Positions 62,541 to 64,000 of a DNA stretch of 64,000 bases are shown in pieces. Under the pieces are notes generated by a model that was not told the origin of the DNA, did not search any database, and saw nothing but the letters and a program-made list of their open reading frames with translations. This stretch comes from Bacteroidales bacterium (GTDB taxonomy: Bacteria > Bacteroidota > Bacteroidia > Bacteroidales > WCHB1-69). Within the stretch, counting starts at the first letter, position 1. Every line of letters starts with the position of its first letter. A program made the position numbers and the translations under genes. The stretch is taken from contig JAFYAW010000018.1 of assembly GCA_017540505.1 (NCBI GenBank), positions 21,286 to 85,285 of the forward strand. The letters run 5' to 3'.

Positions 62541-62638
62541 GTTTGGGAATTGGAATTTGCGGTTTCGGTTCCCGATTCTATGTTCTCAGTTCTTAGGTCT
62601 CCGTTCTATGTTCTTTGTTCTTCGTTCTTTATCCCCCA
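62541..62638 (+). repeat. Heptanucleotide-phased drifting tandem array (14 units)
   Basis: GTTTGGG AATTGGA ATTTGCG GTTTCGG TTCCCGA TTCTATG TTCTCAG TTCTTAG GTCTCCG TTCTATG TTCTTTG TTCTTCG TTCTTTA TCCCCCA. Confidence 0.8.
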
Positions 62639-62674
62639 AAACGCCGTAGGCGTTTCATATCTGTAGAAATAGGG
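62639..62674 (+). repeat. Solitary copy of the element's 3'-arm module (GTA-loop hairpin + CATATCTGTAG box)
   Basis: AAACGCC-GTA-GGCGTTT followed by CATATCTGTAGAAATAGGG. Compare CATCCCC-GTA-GGGGATG + CCTATCTGTAG at 26437-26464. Confidence 0.7.
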
Positions 62675-62749
62675 CCGACGCACACACCATCGCGGCGTGG
62701 CAGGCGCGTGCCACAGAGAACGGGATGGAACCGCCGCGAAACGACGACA

Positions 62750-62790
62750 CGCTGAAAAGAGGTATCTTATCCGAATACGAAGGATAGATA
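62750..62790 (-). terminator. Candidate terminator of the island-2 operon
   Basis: Stem TATCTTATCC/GGATAGATA (1-nt bulge) abutting the stop codon at 62791-62793. It is followed on the minus strand by CCTCTTTTC. Confidence 0.45.
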
Positions 62791-63324
62791 TCATTTTTCT
62801 CCAACATAAAACAAATCCTTAATGGATTCGGTAGTAACTACTCGAAATTTCAGCATCCTAGATCCAATAAAAACATTTTTTCCGTTCACTGAGAATTCAA
62901 ATGTCCTGTCTAAATAGTTACTCCTCCATAGAATATCATTGTCTCCCACCGACCTTAATCGTAAATCATACCAAGTTCCTATTTGAAGAGGGGTGCTGCA
63001 ATCAAGAGTGTCTTCAAAAAAGGTTACTATAGTGAACATGAATTGTCCGGTTTTGTCCGCGACATGTATTAAATTGAATTTCTTGAAATCTTCTTTAAAA
63101 TTCCAGGGATTTGTATCTATTGCAACTACTATATAACTACAGAGGACAGAGTCATACACGGCTTCTTCAAAAATGACTGTGTCAGGAATATAATCTCTTA
63201 TCCAGTATACTTTTTCTGTATTCAGGTAACAGGTGTCAGACGTTTGCGCGGAACAGGGCCGTACACACACAAACAGCAATGTCAAAACGAGTAACGCCAA
63301 ATATTTCAACAGAGTTTTTTTCAT
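62791..63324 (-). CDS. Hypothetical secreted protein (177 aa), AT-rich island 2
   Basis: Signal peptide MKKTLLKYLALLVLTLLFVCVRPCSAQ. 4-nt ATGA overlap with the upstream gene. No family recognised. Confidence 0.55.
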   Translation of the reverse strand: MKKTLLKYLALLVLTLLFVCVRPCSAQTSDTCYLNTEKVYWIRDYIPDTVIFEEAVYDSVLCSYIVVAIDTNPWNFKEDFKKFNLIHVADKTGQFMFTIVTFFEDTLDCSTPLQIGTWYDLRLRSVGDNDILWRSNYLDRTFEFSVNGKNVFIGSRMLKFRVVTTESIKDLFYVGEK

Positions 63325-64000
63325 CGTATTAATATCCCAGGGCTTTCATTTTGATTGTTTTTTCTGGGGAAAAATCGTATCAAACAAACATAGTTTGGCG
63401 TGTTGTAAAAAGTATAAACACCTTCCTCATTGGTAGGTATTCTTAAGATGTAAATACCGCACTCATCCATCTCAACATCCAACGGCAATAGATAACAACG
63501 ATGCCCAAACTGATACAATCTAGCCACATGTATATCTTGTGGGAACGTGTAAATCATAGTTAAAATAGAATCTTTCCCGATTTTTTCACCGCTGCATGTA
63601 GTTAAGCATTCTCCATGCAAAGAGTTTGCCGTCACCTCTTTACCTAAAAAAGTTCTACTGTCAGAATAACATCTGACACCTATTTCTATTGTGGAGTCGC
63701 CAATCTCATTCATGAACACATGCTGGCTCTGGCCTGTTTCACGACACCAATCCCAAAGCGTTAATGCAAACGATGCACGATATGCATTTCTTTGGTTTTC
63801 ATAACCTTGGATACAGGCGATTGTATGCTGATTTATTTCAGCCATTTCTTCTTGACAAAGCAACGCATCACTCACTTTGATGAAGCTGTTTGTGTCCTCA
63901 TCAAATAAAGATGGTCCTTTTATCCGGTATTTTTGAGCATCCATTCGCGACAAATCTCTTTCATTCTGGCCAAATAGAGGAAAATACCCAACCCCAAAAA
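63321..64000 (-). CDS. Hypothetical protein, possibly 5'-truncated by the window edge
   Basis: The first Met in the track is at 63953, but the frame stays open to position 64000 (..FGVGYFPLFGQNERDLSRMDAQ..). Cys-rich and AT-rich. No family recognised. Confidence 0.5.
   Translation of the reverse strand, partial: FGVGYFPLFGQNERDLSRMDAQKYRIKGPSLFDEDTNSFIKVSDALLCQEEMAEINQHTIACIQGYENQRNAYRASFALTLWDWCRETGQSQHVFMNEIGDSTIEIGVRCYSDSRTFLGKEVTANSLHGECLTTCSGEKIGKDSILTMIYTFPQDIHVARLYQFGHRCYLLPLDVEMDECGIYILRIPTNEEGVYTFYNTPNYVCLIRFFPRKNNQNESPGILIR

Overview
The window looks like a chromosomal segment of a Bacteroidota (Bacteroidales-like) genome. This is inferred from TAnnTTTG -7 promoter boxes 20-55 nt upstream of most operons, a T9SS C-terminal sorting domain, a FISUMP domain, CarboxypepD_reg-type TonB-dependent receptors, and the conserved bamD-rpoZ-coaBC-DUF4835-recN block. 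The backbone is visibly GC-rich and densely packed with housekeeping genes: pcm, rpmB, glnS, trpS, sod, trmD, xseB, recN, coaBC, rpoZ, bamD, tsaC, coaD, tsaE and others, plus tRNA-Ser(GCU) and tRNA-Met(CAT). Two visibly AT-rich accessory islands interrupt it. Island 1 (about 21.9-26.2 kb) carries a PKD lipoprotein, a small OM beta-barrel, two small ORFs and hicAB. Island 2 (62.6 kb to the window end) lies next to tRNA-Met. I recognised no rRNA, CRISPR array, integrase or transposase. The most unusual signals are non-coding. (1) At least four intergenic spacers, plus the interior of a larger repeat, are built from in-phase heptanucleotide tandem arrays whose unit sequence drifts gradually along the array. 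(2) A roughly 335-343 bp element occurs as two direct copies bracketing the hicAB cassette just upstream of trpS. Its interior is a large imperfect palindrome studded with 6-7 bp hairpins and a CTACAGATAGG / CCTATCTGTAG box pair. (3) A solitary copy of that element's 3'-arm module sits next to tRNA-Met, again directly after a heptad array. Many long ORFs in the six-frame track are stop-poor antisense shadows of recognisable genes and were rejected. All protein calls rest on motifs read by eye from the translations. No database search was possible.
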